From Promethearchaeota archaeon Loki_b32 (lineage in GTDB: Archaea; Asgardarchaeota; Lokiarchaeia; Sigyniarchaeales; SOKP01), in contig NJBH01000002.1 of the NCBI GenBank assembly GCA_005223125.1, positions 96,001-160,000 of the forward strand: DNA of 64,000 nt. The letters are read 5' to 3'. A program made the translations under genes and the position numbers. The notes under the pieces are model-generated. The model saw only the letters and a program-made list of their open reading frames with translations, was not told where the DNA came from and made no database searches. Below are positions 41,906 through 51,963 of the stretch, one piece after another (within the stretch, counting starts at the first letter, position 1; every line of letters starts with the position of its first letter).

Positions 41906-43033
41906 ATGCCTGAAAAAAATTCGAATTTTCCAAAGATTAGAAATTTAGTTTTGGATGCTGTAAAGGAAGGTATTAATGAGAAAAAGATTTTTTATGATAT
42001 TTCTCCTAATTGGCATCAATATTTTCATTATGAAAGTAATCCTTTAGACTCATTTACTCCACATGAACCTTTTGAAGACCATCTAAATGAATTATTTGTT
42101 AATAGAGAAGCGGAAATTCATTTAATTTCAAATTATTTTGGAAGTATAAAAACTATTCCATATAACATGCATATCGCAATAATAGGTTCTAAAGGAATAG
42201 GTAAGCATACGACCCTAAAAATAATATGTAAAATCATTCAAGAATCGTTTCCAGAAATATCTTTTGAATATTATAACTTAAAAACAGGTAAAGATTTTAA
42301 AAATAATTCAGATTTAGAAGATTTTGAGTTAAATAATTTAGATAAACAAGAGCTAGATATTCGCCTCATCTCTTGTTCTGGTAAAAATAAGTGGTTGGTT
42401 TTAAAGAGAATTAATAACTATAAGAAGAAAAGTAAAATTTTTTTCACTATCTGGCATACTAGGGATTTTCCTATGAATGAAGGTTTAAAAATAAACAAAA
42501 TCATTTATTTTCGAAATTACAATAAAGAAGTTGTTACTAAAATTTTCGAGCGTAGAATTAAAAAGTTCCTAAATGAGAAAAAAGGAAATAAAAGTTACAT
42601 TAATAGTCTTTACAAGAATCTTCTTCCTTCTATTATCAGTGCATTTCAAGGTAATTTAAAACTTAGTTTTCATTTCTTTAAACAAATTCATCAATTAGCA
42701 AAAATGCAGAATTTAGATGAAATTCCACAATCCTTAATAGAGGAGTTAATGAATAATTATCTATTAATAAAAAGCCAAAAGATTACAAATAAAGAAAAAG
42801 AGATAATTAATTATCTTTTAAATGCTCAAAATGTTAAATTCATCACTACCAGCGATTTAAGAGATGATCTTCAATTTGATCGAACAGTAGCATGGAGATA
42901 CTTAGAGAATTTAACTAAAAAAAACATATTAACACGAGTAAAATACGGAAATCCCTCAAGATATAAAATCAATGACATTTTTCTGAGTTTTTATGAAGAT
43001 GAATTAAAAAATAGAATAATATTTAAAGAATGA
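41906..43033 (+). CDS. P-loop ATPase-like + C-terminal HTH protein (Orc1/Cdc6-like architecture)
   Basis: FVNREAEI, GSKGIGKH, FQGNLK; HTH TTSDLRDDLQFDRTVAWRYLENL. Confidence 0.7.
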   Translation: MPEKNSNFPKIRNLVLDAVKEGINEKKIFYDISPNWHQYFHYESNPLDSFTPHEPFEDHLNELFVNREAEIHLISNYFGSIKTIPYNMHIAIIGSKGIGKHTTLKIICKIIQESFPEISFEYYNLKTGKDFKNNSDLEDFELNNLDKQELDIRLISCSGKNKWLVLKRINNYKKKSKIFFTIWHTRDFPMNEGLKINKIIYFRNYNKEVVTKIFERRIKKFLNEKKGNKSYINSLYKNLLPSIISAFQGNLKLSFHFFKQIHQLAKMQNLDEIPQSLIEELMNNYLLIKSQKITNKEKEIINYLLNAQNVKFITTSDLRDDLQFDRTVAWRYLENLTKKNILTRVKYGNPSRYKINDIFLSFYEDELKNRIIFKE

Positions 43034-43046
43034 TAAGTGAAACAAC

Positions 43047-43847
43047 ATGCCATTATTGAGAATCTTTCATGATGTATATACCAAATCTGAAATAAGTCGA
43101 ATAGAAGAAAATATTAAAATTAAAAACGAAAATTTTGCTGAATTTGATGAAGAGAAGAAAATATTAAAACCTGGTTTTCGTAAAAGTAAACAAATCTTCA
43201 AACCTACTTCAAAAGGATATTATCTCACGGAATATTTTGAGATTGATAAAAGGTCAATGCCCTCCTATTATACTGAGATGTATTACTTTAAAAACCTGAC
43301 TGAAAAAATCGAATCAGAAGAAAAATTTTATCCCATCCTTATAAAAATCTTATTCAACAGGAAAAAAAAAGTATTATGTTTATATAGTAAACAAATTTTA
43401 AGAAATGATCTTGTTAATAATTTAGTAATCAAATTAAGGAATAAACACGGTTTAGATTTTAAGACACAACCCCAGAATTATATTTTTAAAGAAGATGAAT
43501 TAGATGACCTTGTTGATGCATTAGATATAAAAGACTACACTGCAATTTCTGTCTGGGATAAAGATAATAGGGCGATCTTAGAGAATCCTCAGAAGATTAC
43601 TGAGACTGAAAAGTTTATATCGTTCTTAAATGATACATATAAGGGTAAGTGGCATTACTTAAAAGTACCTTTTGATGAGCTGAATATCGAACTTAAAATT
43701 AATAATAAGACTCAGAAATACATCACTTTTATCAACGATTTTGTTGATGATATGCATTTAACTAATGCAGTAGATTTTTTAGTTTCGAAGATTTTTGAAG
43801 TTGAGGATTTCAGTGGTTCAAAACAAGTATTTATAAATTCATTTTAA
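43047..43847 (+). CDS. Hypothetical protein, operon partner of the ATPase-HTH gene
   Basis: 266-aa ORF 13 bp downstream; ends in a PIP-box-like QVFINSF. Confidence 0.65.
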   Translation: MPLLRIFHDVYTKSEISRIEENIKIKNENFAEFDEEKKILKPGFRKSKQIFKPTSKGYYLTEYFEIDKRSMPSYYTEMYYFKNLTEKIESEEKFYPILIKILFNRKKKVLCLYSKQILRNDLVNNLVIKLRNKHGLDFKTQPQNYIFKEDELDDLVDALDIKDYTAISVWDKDNRAILENPQKITETEKFISFLNDTYKGKWHYLKVPFDELNIELKINNKTQKYITFINDFVDDMHLTNAVDFLVSKIFEVEDFSGSKQVFINSF

Positions 43848-43948
43848 TGATAATTGAAATTTAATTTATATACATTAAAGAATCTCAGTAAATGGGGATA
43901 TTTTAAAGATGAGATTTCAAATTTTAATTATATATTAAAATAATTGAA

Positions 43949-44584
43949 TTAAATTACTTTTTTATTAAGTTCAATTATTATTTCTTCAATCTTCTCTGTG
44001 TCATTAACAAAATTTTCTTTTTTATCATTCTCATAGATACCATGAATCCCTATTTGATATTTGTTTAGGATAGCAATAAGATCATATTCAGGATTGGTAA
44101 AAAAACATTGAAGGGTGATTAGATCATTTATATCAAAGTAATTTCTTATCATTTTTATTCTTCCTTTAACATAATCTGCCGTTCTATTGAATTCAGGTCT
44201 TCTATTATTCCATTCTCCTTGTTGAAGGATTTCAACTCTCCAAGCATGAGTAATTATTTCACTTCTCTGATTCATTTCATTTAAAAGATTAGAAATATAT
44301 TCTACGATCGTTTTCAAACGCAAGGTTTTATCTCTACTTTTCTTAAAGGAGTTAATATATAGGATAATAAAAGGGCTTATAATAGCAATTATTTGAATTA
44401 ATTCTGAGAACTCAATAAGATTATAACAACTGAATAATATAATTAAACCAAATATAGCTAAACCAATCAAAATGAATCTATAATAAATTTTAAGAATATT
44501 TATTAAATTATAATTCTTTTTTCTATCCTCTTTATGAAGTATTTTTTCTTTGTTATCTGTAGATATTTTGATCACGCCCTCCAA
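43949..44584 (-). CDS. Hypothetical protein with two N-terminal TM helices
   Basis: FILIGLAIFGLIILF and IIAIISPFIILYI. Confidence 0.6.
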   Translation of the reverse strand: MEGVIKISTDNKEKILHKEDRKKNYNLINILKIYYRFILIGLAIFGLIILFSCYNLIEFSELIQIIAIISPFIILYINSFKKSRDKTLRLKTIVEYISNLLNEMNQRSEIITHAWRVEILQQGEWNNRRPEFNRTADYVKGRIKMIRNYFDINDLITLQCFFTNPEYDLIAILNKYQIGIHGIYENDKKENFVNDTEKIEEIIIELNKKVI

Positions 44585-45317
44585 ATATTAATGCGAATAT
44601 TAGTAATTTTATCTCTTTATTGTATATTTTTCCCTAATGTAATATATTTTTTTTGTATTAGCTTATAATACACACAATAGAAATTTATCTTTTTCCCATT
44701 TTCCTCGATATTTTTTATCTCAAGCTGTATTGCCTCTAACTACTAAGGAAAATGCGATACAACACCCTTTATCACCGTGTGTTGTCCTTTGTCTCGCTGG
44801 TGTCTCTTGTTATACCTAATTAAATAGGAAAAAGGCGAAACGGAATAAAAGAACACCTTAAGAAAGTCTTGATCTTCTTATCTTGCATTTTTTCTTCTTT
44901 TGAGCTTCCATGTGCGAGAAACAATTTCATTACAAAACTTTTTAAAAAATGCGAGCATATAATGGTTAGAAAGAAGTGATTTTACTCCAGATATCTTAAC
45001 TGAATATGAATATATGTCGCTTGTAGGCCTATATAAATATAATTACTTCTTTCTAATAAATTTAGCGGTGAATAATCTAATATTTTGATTTTATAAAAAT
45101 AATGCTTCAAAATCTTAATTATGCTATAAAAATAAATAGAATAAGTCACAGTTCATTAGGATTCAGGCTTTAAAATCCTTTGACACTGTTATATTATTTC
45201 TATTTTTTATTTAAATTAGGATAAATTATAATTTTTTAAAATCCTAAAAAATTATGGATTATAAATTTAAAAGTGACAATGTTTTTAAAAATAATAAAAC
45301 CAAATATAGAATGAATA

Positions 45318-46295
45318 ATGCTAGAAGAAGTAAATTCACATCGAAATATAATTGATTACATATTTCTATTACGGATTATGAAGTTCTCAAAATCAGGGCT
45401 TATTAAATTATTTCAAATTCCTACAATGGAGATATCTCGATTAAAATCCTTAAATAAAGAATTTTTAACTAAGATTCTGCTTACTAAAAAGAAATCAAAC
45501 CTAGAATATTTCAACAAAATTTCAAAACTATATGATTTTAATCCTAACGAAGAGGAATACTCTGAATTGGAGAAATTAGTTAAATATTGCATCCAGAAAA
45601 ATATTACAATTGCAACACCTTTCGATAAAAACATTCCTAAATTGCTTCAAATTTTGCAGCCCGGAAAGCGTGATTTAGTATTTATCAAAGGTCAGATTAT
45701 AGATAAAGATTTAAAATCTTACTCTATATGTGGATCTCGAACGCCAACAAAAGAAGCAATTACTAAGACTCGGCAAATCGCGGAATTGCTAGCTAAATAT
45801 AAATTCACGCTTATAAATGGTTTTGCAAAAGGTATAGATATTGAGGCTTTTATCGGAGCTAATGCGCAAAATGGGAGATATATAGGTGTTTTAGCATCCG
45901 GAGTTGAAAATGTTTATCCTAATGAGAATAAACAATATGTACAGTCAGTTATTAAAAATGGTGCCTTAATATCGCAAAATCTTTTATGGAATCGTATTAA
46001 TAAGTTCGCACTACAAATGAGAAACCGATTTTCTGCACAATTATCATTAGGTAGCATCTTCATTGAAGGTAATTATAGATCAGGAACGATATGGCAATAT
46101 AAATTTGCGAAAGAAATTATGCGCCCTGTATTTTATCTGGAGCCAGAGAATTGGAATCACGATAACACACATATTTTAAAGATTGTTAGGGATGGGGGCG
46201 GAATTGAAATAAAAAATGATCTTAGTAATATCAAAAATATAATTGAGATTTTAGAAAAGGAGTATTCTAAGAGAATGGAGAGCTTTAATGACTAA
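45318..46295 (+). CDS. DprA/Smf-like protein
   Basis: SICGSR, NGFAKGID, VLASG, MRNRF, EGNYRSGT. Confidence 0.9.
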   Translation: MLEEVNSHRNIIDYIFLLRIMKFSKSGLIKLFQIPTMEISRLKSLNKEFLTKILLTKKKSNLEYFNKISKLYDFNPNEEEYSELEKLVKYCIQKNITIATPFDKNIPKLLQILQPGKRDLVFIKGQIIDKDLKSYSICGSRTPTKEAITKTRQIAELLAKYKFTLINGFAKGIDIEAFIGANAQNGRYIGVLASGVENVYPNENKQYVQSVIKNGALISQNLLWNRINKFALQMRNRFSAQLSLGSIFIEGNYRSGTIWQYKFAKEIMRPVFYLEPENWNHDNTHILKIVRDGGGIEIKNDLSNIKNIIEILEKEYSKRMESFND

Positions 46296-47010
46296 GAAAA
46301 TAAAGTTTGATTTTGGAATATTTAAATGCAGCGAAATTACATTGAATTCAATTCCGCTTATTAAAGGGAGATTCTCGCTAAATATCAATCCCAATTTTTC
46401 AAAAGAATTTAAGAGACCTTTCTGGTTTTATGATTTAACAAAAAGATTAAAAATTGATGAGGTTATTTCTTTGGGTGCATATTATCCCCAGAGGAATTTT
46501 AATAGTGATTTAGAAGGCACTCCTAATCTAAGATATCCTGCATTTTCAGATATTTTGTTCAATTCTAAGTCAGGACCATTGCATAGAGCTCGGAGCGATT
46601 ATATAATAGAGTCCAGAAAGCAGCAATTAAGAATAATTTCAAATTTTTATGCTAATTATTTGAAAAATGTAATTGGATCATTAAATTATAATGAAATAAT
46701 TCCTGTACCTGCTAAATTAGAGTATTCCTATAATTCAGTTGAAATAATTAGTATGGAATTTAGCAATCTTTTTAATATTCCAATGAATATAAGTAGGATA
46801 GCACGAATAGATGATTATACAAAGGAATACTCGATAATATGTGAAAATGATAATTTAAATCAGAGAAGAATATTATTAATAGATGATATTATTACTGATG
46901 GAGAAACTAAAGAGAAAATATTTTTCAGATTGAATGAAAAGGGTTGCAATAATATAGATATGATAACTCTCGCAAGAACGGATCACAATATCTATGAGTA
47001 TAATGAATAA
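46288..47010 (+). CDS. Phosphoribosyltransferase (ComF-like)
   Basis: IIPVP and LLIDDIITDGET PRPP-binding motif; overlaps the DprA-like gene by 8 bp. Confidence 0.85.
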   Translation: MTKKIKFDFGIFKCSEITLNSIPLIKGRFSLNINPNFSKEFKRPFWFYDLTKRLKIDEVISLGAYYPQRNFNSDLEGTPNLRYPAFSDILFNSKSGPLHRARSDYIIESRKQQLRIISNFYANYLKNVIGSLNYNEIIPVPAKLEYSYNSVEIISMEFSNLFNIPMNISRIARIDDYTKEYSIICENDNLNQRRILLIDDIITDGETKEKIFFRLNEKGCNNIDMITLARTDHNIYEYNE

Positions 47011-47354
47011 AAATCTTATTATATAGACTAATATTAGACTCTTAATTGAAGTTATCGAGCATTTAAATTATTTAAAGCTAAAAACCTTAGTATGCGAGTA
47101 TTTGATGCAAACTTTTAGCATAACTTATCATGAGACGTTAATAAGTATAAAGTTTAGATGTTTTCAGATTTATAATTAACCTTTAACGAAATTTCGAGTC
47201 ATATATCTGATATGAATATTTAAAGAATAATCATCGTTATATAACTAAATTTCAAATGATAATTTTTTAAGCTGATATTTTCATCGGATTGGAGTTAAAA
47301 TTCTTTTAAAAATGCATTATATTAAAGAATTAATAAATAAGATTAATATAATAT

Positions 47355-47873
47355 TTGTTAAAATATTTCAATATGATACTGCAAAGTTCATTTGATTGGA
47401 TTGACATTATTTCCAAAATTATTGGCTCATTTATTGCAACAATTTTTACGATAATAGCTTGGTTCATTCTTGAATTCCTTAAAAAAAGAAAAGAGGGAAA
47501 AAAACTTGAAGAAAAAATCCAAGAGCTTTATAAAATTTTTTTAAGTAAAAGGAAAGAAATTCATACAGCTAAGCAGTTAATTAATCTATTTATATACGGA
47601 ATAGGAATTGAAAATACATCTAAAATCTTCAAAATTTCGCCTATACCTATTAAGAATGGATATTTGTTCGAAGGAAGTCTATATGTTTTGAGTATTTCAT
47701 CAACCACATTATCTAATAAAATATATATACACAAAGGTCATGGGATTGGTGTACCAACATATGATTTTGATAGTCCTAACGAAAATGAAGACGTTTTTAA
47801 TGAGTTTATTGAAGATTTTGAAAGAAATTGTGAAGAAAGTAAAATTAAACTAAGTAAAAATAGAAGTAGCTAA
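47355..47873 (+). CDS. Hypothetical protein with N-terminal TM helix
   Basis: IIGSFIATIFTIIAWFILEF. Confidence 0.6.
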   Translation: MLKYFNMILQSSFDWIDIISKIIGSFIATIFTIIAWFILEFLKKRKEGKKLEEKIQELYKIFLSKRKEIHTAKQLINLFIYGIGIENTSKIFKISPIPIKNGYLFEGSLYVLSISSTTLSNKIYIHKGHGIGVPTYDFDSPNENEDVFNEFIEDFERNCEESKIKLSKNRSS

Positions 47874-47884
47874 TCTGTTTAACT

Positions 47885-48766
47885 ATGTTTAATAAAGAAC
47901 TCAAAGATATCACCGAAGAAGATATTTTAAAAATCGAAAAAGATCCAGTTAATTTTGAATCATTTGAAATTGAATATAAAAAACGATTTGATGGAGAAGC
48001 TGGAGAATTAAGAAGGGATGTTATTCAATTTGCTAATGGAAATGTTGTAGGACGTATAATATATGGAATATCAAATGATCCAATAAATGTTATTGGAATA
48101 GAGAAGAGTGAAATAGATATCTTGAAAAACATTTTAAATGATGTTCTTCCCAGAAAAATAGATCCAATCCTATCTCCATTTCCCCAGTATCAAGCTGTTC
48201 CTTTATCAAATGGAAAATATGTTTTTATAATAGAAATATTTCCAAAAAGCTATGGTGTTTATGGTATAAGAGTCCATGAAGATTTAACTAATAGGAATTA
48301 TAAGAGATATGAATTCTATAATCGAATGGATGGAAGTAAACATCAAATGAATATAGAAGAACTTGTTGAATTAATTGAAAGTAAAAGTAGAGGTAAGAAA
48401 AAACATTTAGAAGTTTCAATCCATGGGTTTTTTCTAATAGGCGGATTTGATGATGTTTTCATCTCAGTTAAAGCTGTAAATAAATCAGAAAGACCAATAG
48501 TTGTGACATCATACGGAATTTCTGTACTTGAGAAGGAAAAAGTTGTATATATCTCACCACTACATCCAGAATTAATGGTTTTAAATACAAAACTACCAAT
48601 AAAGTTAGAAGATGGTGAATCTTGTAATGCATATATTGATAGACCTTCTTTTGAAGAAATAATGAAAAAGGAAGGTTGGAGTTATCCAATACAAGTACAA
48701 GGTGTTTTTACCACTAATGATGGTAAGTATTTTTCAGAGGATATTATTTTAAAAGAAATTAAATAA
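47885..48766 (+). CDS. Schlafen/AlbA_2-domain protein
   Basis: ESFEIEYK, DVIQFANG, IIYGI, YNRMDG. Confidence 0.85.
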   Translation: MFNKELKDITEEDILKIEKDPVNFESFEIEYKKRFDGEAGELRRDVIQFANGNVVGRIIYGISNDPINVIGIEKSEIDILKNILNDVLPRKIDPILSPFPQYQAVPLSNGKYVFIIEIFPKSYGVYGIRVHEDLTNRNYKRYEFYNRMDGSKHQMNIEELVELIESKSRGKKKHLEVSIHGFFLIGGFDDVFISVKAVNKSERPIVVTSYGISVLEKEKVVYISPLHPELMVLNTKLPIKLEDGESCNAYIDRPSFEEIMKKEGWSYPIQVQGVFTTNDGKYFSEDIILKEIK

Positions 48767-49110
48767 TAATTAAGTTAATTGCTATTTTTAATGTATAAAA
48801 TTTATTGGATAATAGCTTGAGCAATCCCATCTTTAAAATTAAGTAGATCCGTTTGCCTCCATTTCTTTGAGTAAGATCTAATTTAGATCGTGCTGAGAAA
48901 TCTTACCTATTGGGTATAATTATCTGATTTCTTGAGAAATAATTTTCATAATTCTTTTCATGCAATCATTTAATTTTTATCTTACAGTTTTATTGAATAT
49001 TTATGAATAAAAGATATTTTAATTTCTTGAGTCCTGAATTATTAATGGAAGAATTAAAAAAACCAAGTTAGACATTAATCTTTTTCTCTTTTCTATGAAA
49101 TAAACTATAC

Positions 49111-49515
49111 TCAAAAGAGCAAGGATAAAGACAAGGAAATTACTGAAACAGCCAATGCACTTACGCTAATAATGAAATTAATTTTACTCTCTCTTAAATT
49201 TAGCATTAAACTTACATAGAGCTCTAAGTTCTTTTGTACTTGATCCTTATTATTCCAAACAGTTGTTCTCCCCTGTGAATCATCTGCATCATCCCCCGAC
49301 AGAATTGTCGATTTTTGCTGAATATTATCTATTAATTTTAAAATATCAATATATCCTTTCTTTAACTTTCTTCATTTTGAAGTATATCCTGATAATAAAC
49401 CTGTGATACTTCTAGAAATTTCTAAATAAGCGTCAGCTAAATTAGAGAGGTTTAATCCACTCATTTCTATATATTCTTTTAAAGTCTTTGAAGGTTGAAC
49501 AAGTTTTAAATCCAT
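49111..49515 (-). pseudogene. Membrane-protein gene with an in-frame TGA
   Basis: 135-codon frame MDLKLVQP...GYTSK*RKLKKG...ISVSALAVSVISLSLSLLF*; TGA at 49372-49374. Confidence 0.6.
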
Positions 49516-49558
49516 ATTAGTCACTTAAGTTATTTTTGTAAAAAGTTTCAGGTATAAT

Positions 49559-49885
49559 TTAATTTTTATGGTTTCTCAATTTTTCTTCCGGAACTTTAAT
49601 TTCTTTCCCTGATAATGTGATAAGATATTCTATCTCACGATCATCACCAATAAAAACCATGAATCCCGCTTTAATAGCAACATCCATATCATCAGTTATA
49701 AATGTGGCATAATCATCTCCTACTCCATTATTATCATTTAATTTAATACCCCATTCCTTCCATTGCCGAAATTGTTTTGTTAATGACTCAAATGTGTCAA
49801 TAAAATCATCTATCGTAGCGGCATGAGAGGTAATCCACTTATTCCTCCATGTTGATATATATTTTTCCAACGTAATTTTCATCAC
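49559..49885 (-). CDS. Hypothetical protein
   Basis: 108-aa ORF (WRNKWIT...GVGDDYATF). Confidence 0.7.
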   Translation of the reverse strand: MMKITLEKYISTWRNKWITSHAATIDDFIDTFESLTKQFRQWKEWGIKLNDNNGVGDDYATFITDDMDVAIKAGFMVFIGDDREIEYLITLSGKEIKVPEEKLRNHKN

Positions 49886-49941
49886 CTTTAGGTTTTCATA
49901 AAATTTTCAATTTCGGACTTAAATTTTTCTTTTTCTTCCAT

Positions 49942-50304
49942 CTATTTCTTAATTTTTTCGATATTTGTATCATATTCTTCAGCTCGTATATCATCAGACA
50001 AATTATTCATATCTATGGAATCAGCTTCTACGATTTTTTCATTATACATCCCCGGAATGCGTTGATAAATCGCTCGTCTACTATACTTTTCTGCTTTTTC
50101 CACAATATCATTTGCTAAATCAAATAAACCATCTGCTATATATTCTTCACAGGGAATTACAACCCGTTCAAAGAGAAGTGTCGCTTGAACCCAGTTTGGA
50201 TCTTGGTATTCATTCATAGGGTCTTCTAAAAGCTCTCTTATCTGGATTTCGATATACTCCTGAATAAAAGCACAGGCATCATACATTCTATCTAATCCCG
50301 CCAT
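49942..50304 (-). CDS. Hypothetical acidic protein
   Basis: 120-aa ORF divergent from the tRNA. Confidence 0.7.
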   Translation of the reverse strand: MAGLDRMYDACAFIQEYIEIQIRELLEDPMNEYQDPNWVQATLLFERVVIPCEEYIADGLFDLANDIVEKAEKYSRRAIYQRIPGMYNEKIVEADSIDMNNLSDDIRAEEYDTNIEKIKK

Positions 50305-50434
50305 AAATTATTATCATCTCATAATTTTTTCAAATGTTTCTATTATAACTTCAATCAAAAGTATATAAAGAAAAAACAAAATCCTCAAATAATAAAATTT
50401 AATTATTTGGGAGTGTTTTTTATTATATAATATT

Positions 50435-50506
50435 GGGCCTATGGATTAGTGGAAGATCGTTCGCTTGGCATGCGAAAGGCCGCGGGTTCAATTCCCGCTA
50501 GGTCCA
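50435..50506 (+). tRNA. tRNA-Ala(GGC)
   Basis: Acceptor GGGCCTA/TAGGTCC-A with G3:U70; anticodon arm TCGC-TTGGCAT-GCGA; T arm GCGGG-TTCAATT-CCCGC; CCA not encoded. Confidence 0.96.
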
Positions 50507-50724
50507 TTTCGGATTCTTATTATTGACAAATATACTCTAAATAAACCAATGAATCTTGTACATTGGTTAAAGTTTAAAAAAAAACCAATAATTTAATTAT
50601 CTAGTCTTAGGGTAAAAAGAAAAAAAGAGAAAAACTTAGAATTTCATCTTATCTTGTTCAATATCAAACATCCAACATTAAACTTCCATCATCAAACTTC
50701 CACCAATAAAAAAAAGGAAAAGAA

Positions 50725-51555
50725 TTAAAGATAATTTCTCTTCCTAGGTAGGCTGAATTGGTAATTATCCAGCATATCATTGAAAAGGTCTTTTCCAAAA
50801 CCCATTTCAAAGCATTCACCATGAATTTCCCTTCCTTCGATGGGACCTCCACTGGTTTTTTTGGCGATTTTATAGTTAAGAGCAAACAATTGTTGGATTT
50901 GTATAAGGAATTCCTTACTCCCACAAGTGATTCTTGAACTCCTAACTTTTCCATCACCGTCATAATAGCCAAGTAAAAATGCTAAATATAGCTCTCGACT
51001 ACTAAGTTTTGGTAATTGAATGGATTTGGATTTTGCTCGCCCAATTATAAACCCATGTTTTTCAAGGTTATTAGTAAATTGGGAATTGAGCAGTCTAATA
51101 CCGACTTTTGTATTGTATCGGTGTTTTTTGTATTTAGGATTGAATCCAATAGCATTAATGAATCGATCTATGAGGATCTCTTCTTTGATGCTAATCTCGA
51201 CTCCAAACCGAATACCATTTTTTTGCATAGACATCCATCCCTCTGCAAATAACCAACCAAGCCAATAAGCTTTTTCTTTGGTGTCAATAACCTTGAAATA
51301 ATCAAGATTAATGTTTGGGTGGAACTTGAAGATATGTTGATATTGTTTTTGAACATTCCCAGGACTCATAATATCACCTCTTTTTTTTAATTTGTATTTA
51401 TAAACCAAGGGAAGAGCCCAACGCCAACCGTGTGAAATAATTGAAGTTAGGGTCTTCCCTTGCTTCAAAATACTTGAGGTGATATTTTGAAGCCACGTAG
51501 AAGATATTACTAAATTTTCTCTTTTTTCTTTTTTAAATCGAGACCTGATAAGCAA
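50725..51555 (-). CDS. Free-standing double-motif LAGLIDADG endonuclease
   Basis: KAYWLGWLFAEG and LAFLLGYYDGDG; start codon uncertain. Confidence 0.88.
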   Translation of the reverse strand: MLIRSRFKKEKRENLVISSTWLQNITSSILKQGKTLTSIISHGWRWALPLVYKYKLKKRGDIMSPGNVQKQYQHIFKFHPNINLDYFKVIDTKEKAYWLGWLFAEGWMSMQKNGIRFGVEISIKEEILIDRFINAIGFNPKYKKHRYNTKVGIRLLNSQFTNNLEKHGFIIGRAKSKSIQLPKLSSRELYLAFLLGYYDGDGKVRSSRITCGSKEFLIQIQQLFALNYKIAKKTSGGPIEGREIHGECFEMGFGKDLFNDMLDNYQFSLPRKRNYL

Positions 51556-51837
51556 ATTTTGTGTAGAATCTATTGTTCTACAACACTTTTCAGGGCTCGC
51601 TCGGAAATTATTATATTGAGGGCTATATATTTGAGAATTGATTTTAACCGATTTTACATGGTGAAAATCATCCTCAAACCGATTGGATATTTCAAAATCT
51701 GCTGAAAGCGTTATTTAAAAACCCTAATTGAATAGTTGTCTCAGATTAATTTTTTCCGAGTTGTAATAAAGTAGAAAGAGGAGTATAAAAACACCACAAA
51801 AACAGAAAATATTATTGTAATAATTTTAATTTAGAAA

Positions 51838-51867
51838 GTGCAGAGGAGGGATTTCCCCTCCGTGCAC
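51838..51867. other. GC-rich hairpin (possible terminator or small repeat element)
   Basis: GTGCA-GA-GGAGGG-ATTTC-CCCTCC-G-TGCAC in AT-rich intergenic DNA. Confidence 0.45.
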
Positions 51868-51963
51868 AATTCTTCCCTTGTTTATAGAAGGTGATATTTA
51901 CGACTCCTATAATATCATTATCAAATGAATATATTTAAACAAAAAAGTTTTTCGGGTCTAGTT

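Larger units (their letters stand above)
15620..50434. mobile_element. Defence/genomic island (boundaries approximate)
   Basis: Dense defence genes and pseudogenes, integrase remnant at the left, tRNA-Ala at the right. No att duplication found by eye. Confidence 0.7.

Noticed and set aside
44650-45000. Slightly GC-richer intergenic patch as an IS or ncRNA
   Set aside because: Only short broken frames and a weak ACAACAC/GTGTTGT stem; no transposase motif or terminal repeats.
49372-49374. In-frame TGA as possible selenocysteine
   Set aside because: No redox or Cys-like context and no SECIS seen. SK*RK fits a TGG>TGA nonsense mutation in a decaying island gene.
50384-50411. Imperfect inverted repeat upstream of the tRNA
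   Set aside because: AT-rich arms could arise by chance and do not match the left-edge palindrome.
50435-50506. tRNA-Ala as the island's attB with a duplicated att site
   Set aside because: No copy of either tRNA end was found by eye near the integrase or elsewhere, and the island lies 5' of the tRNA. The link is unproven.
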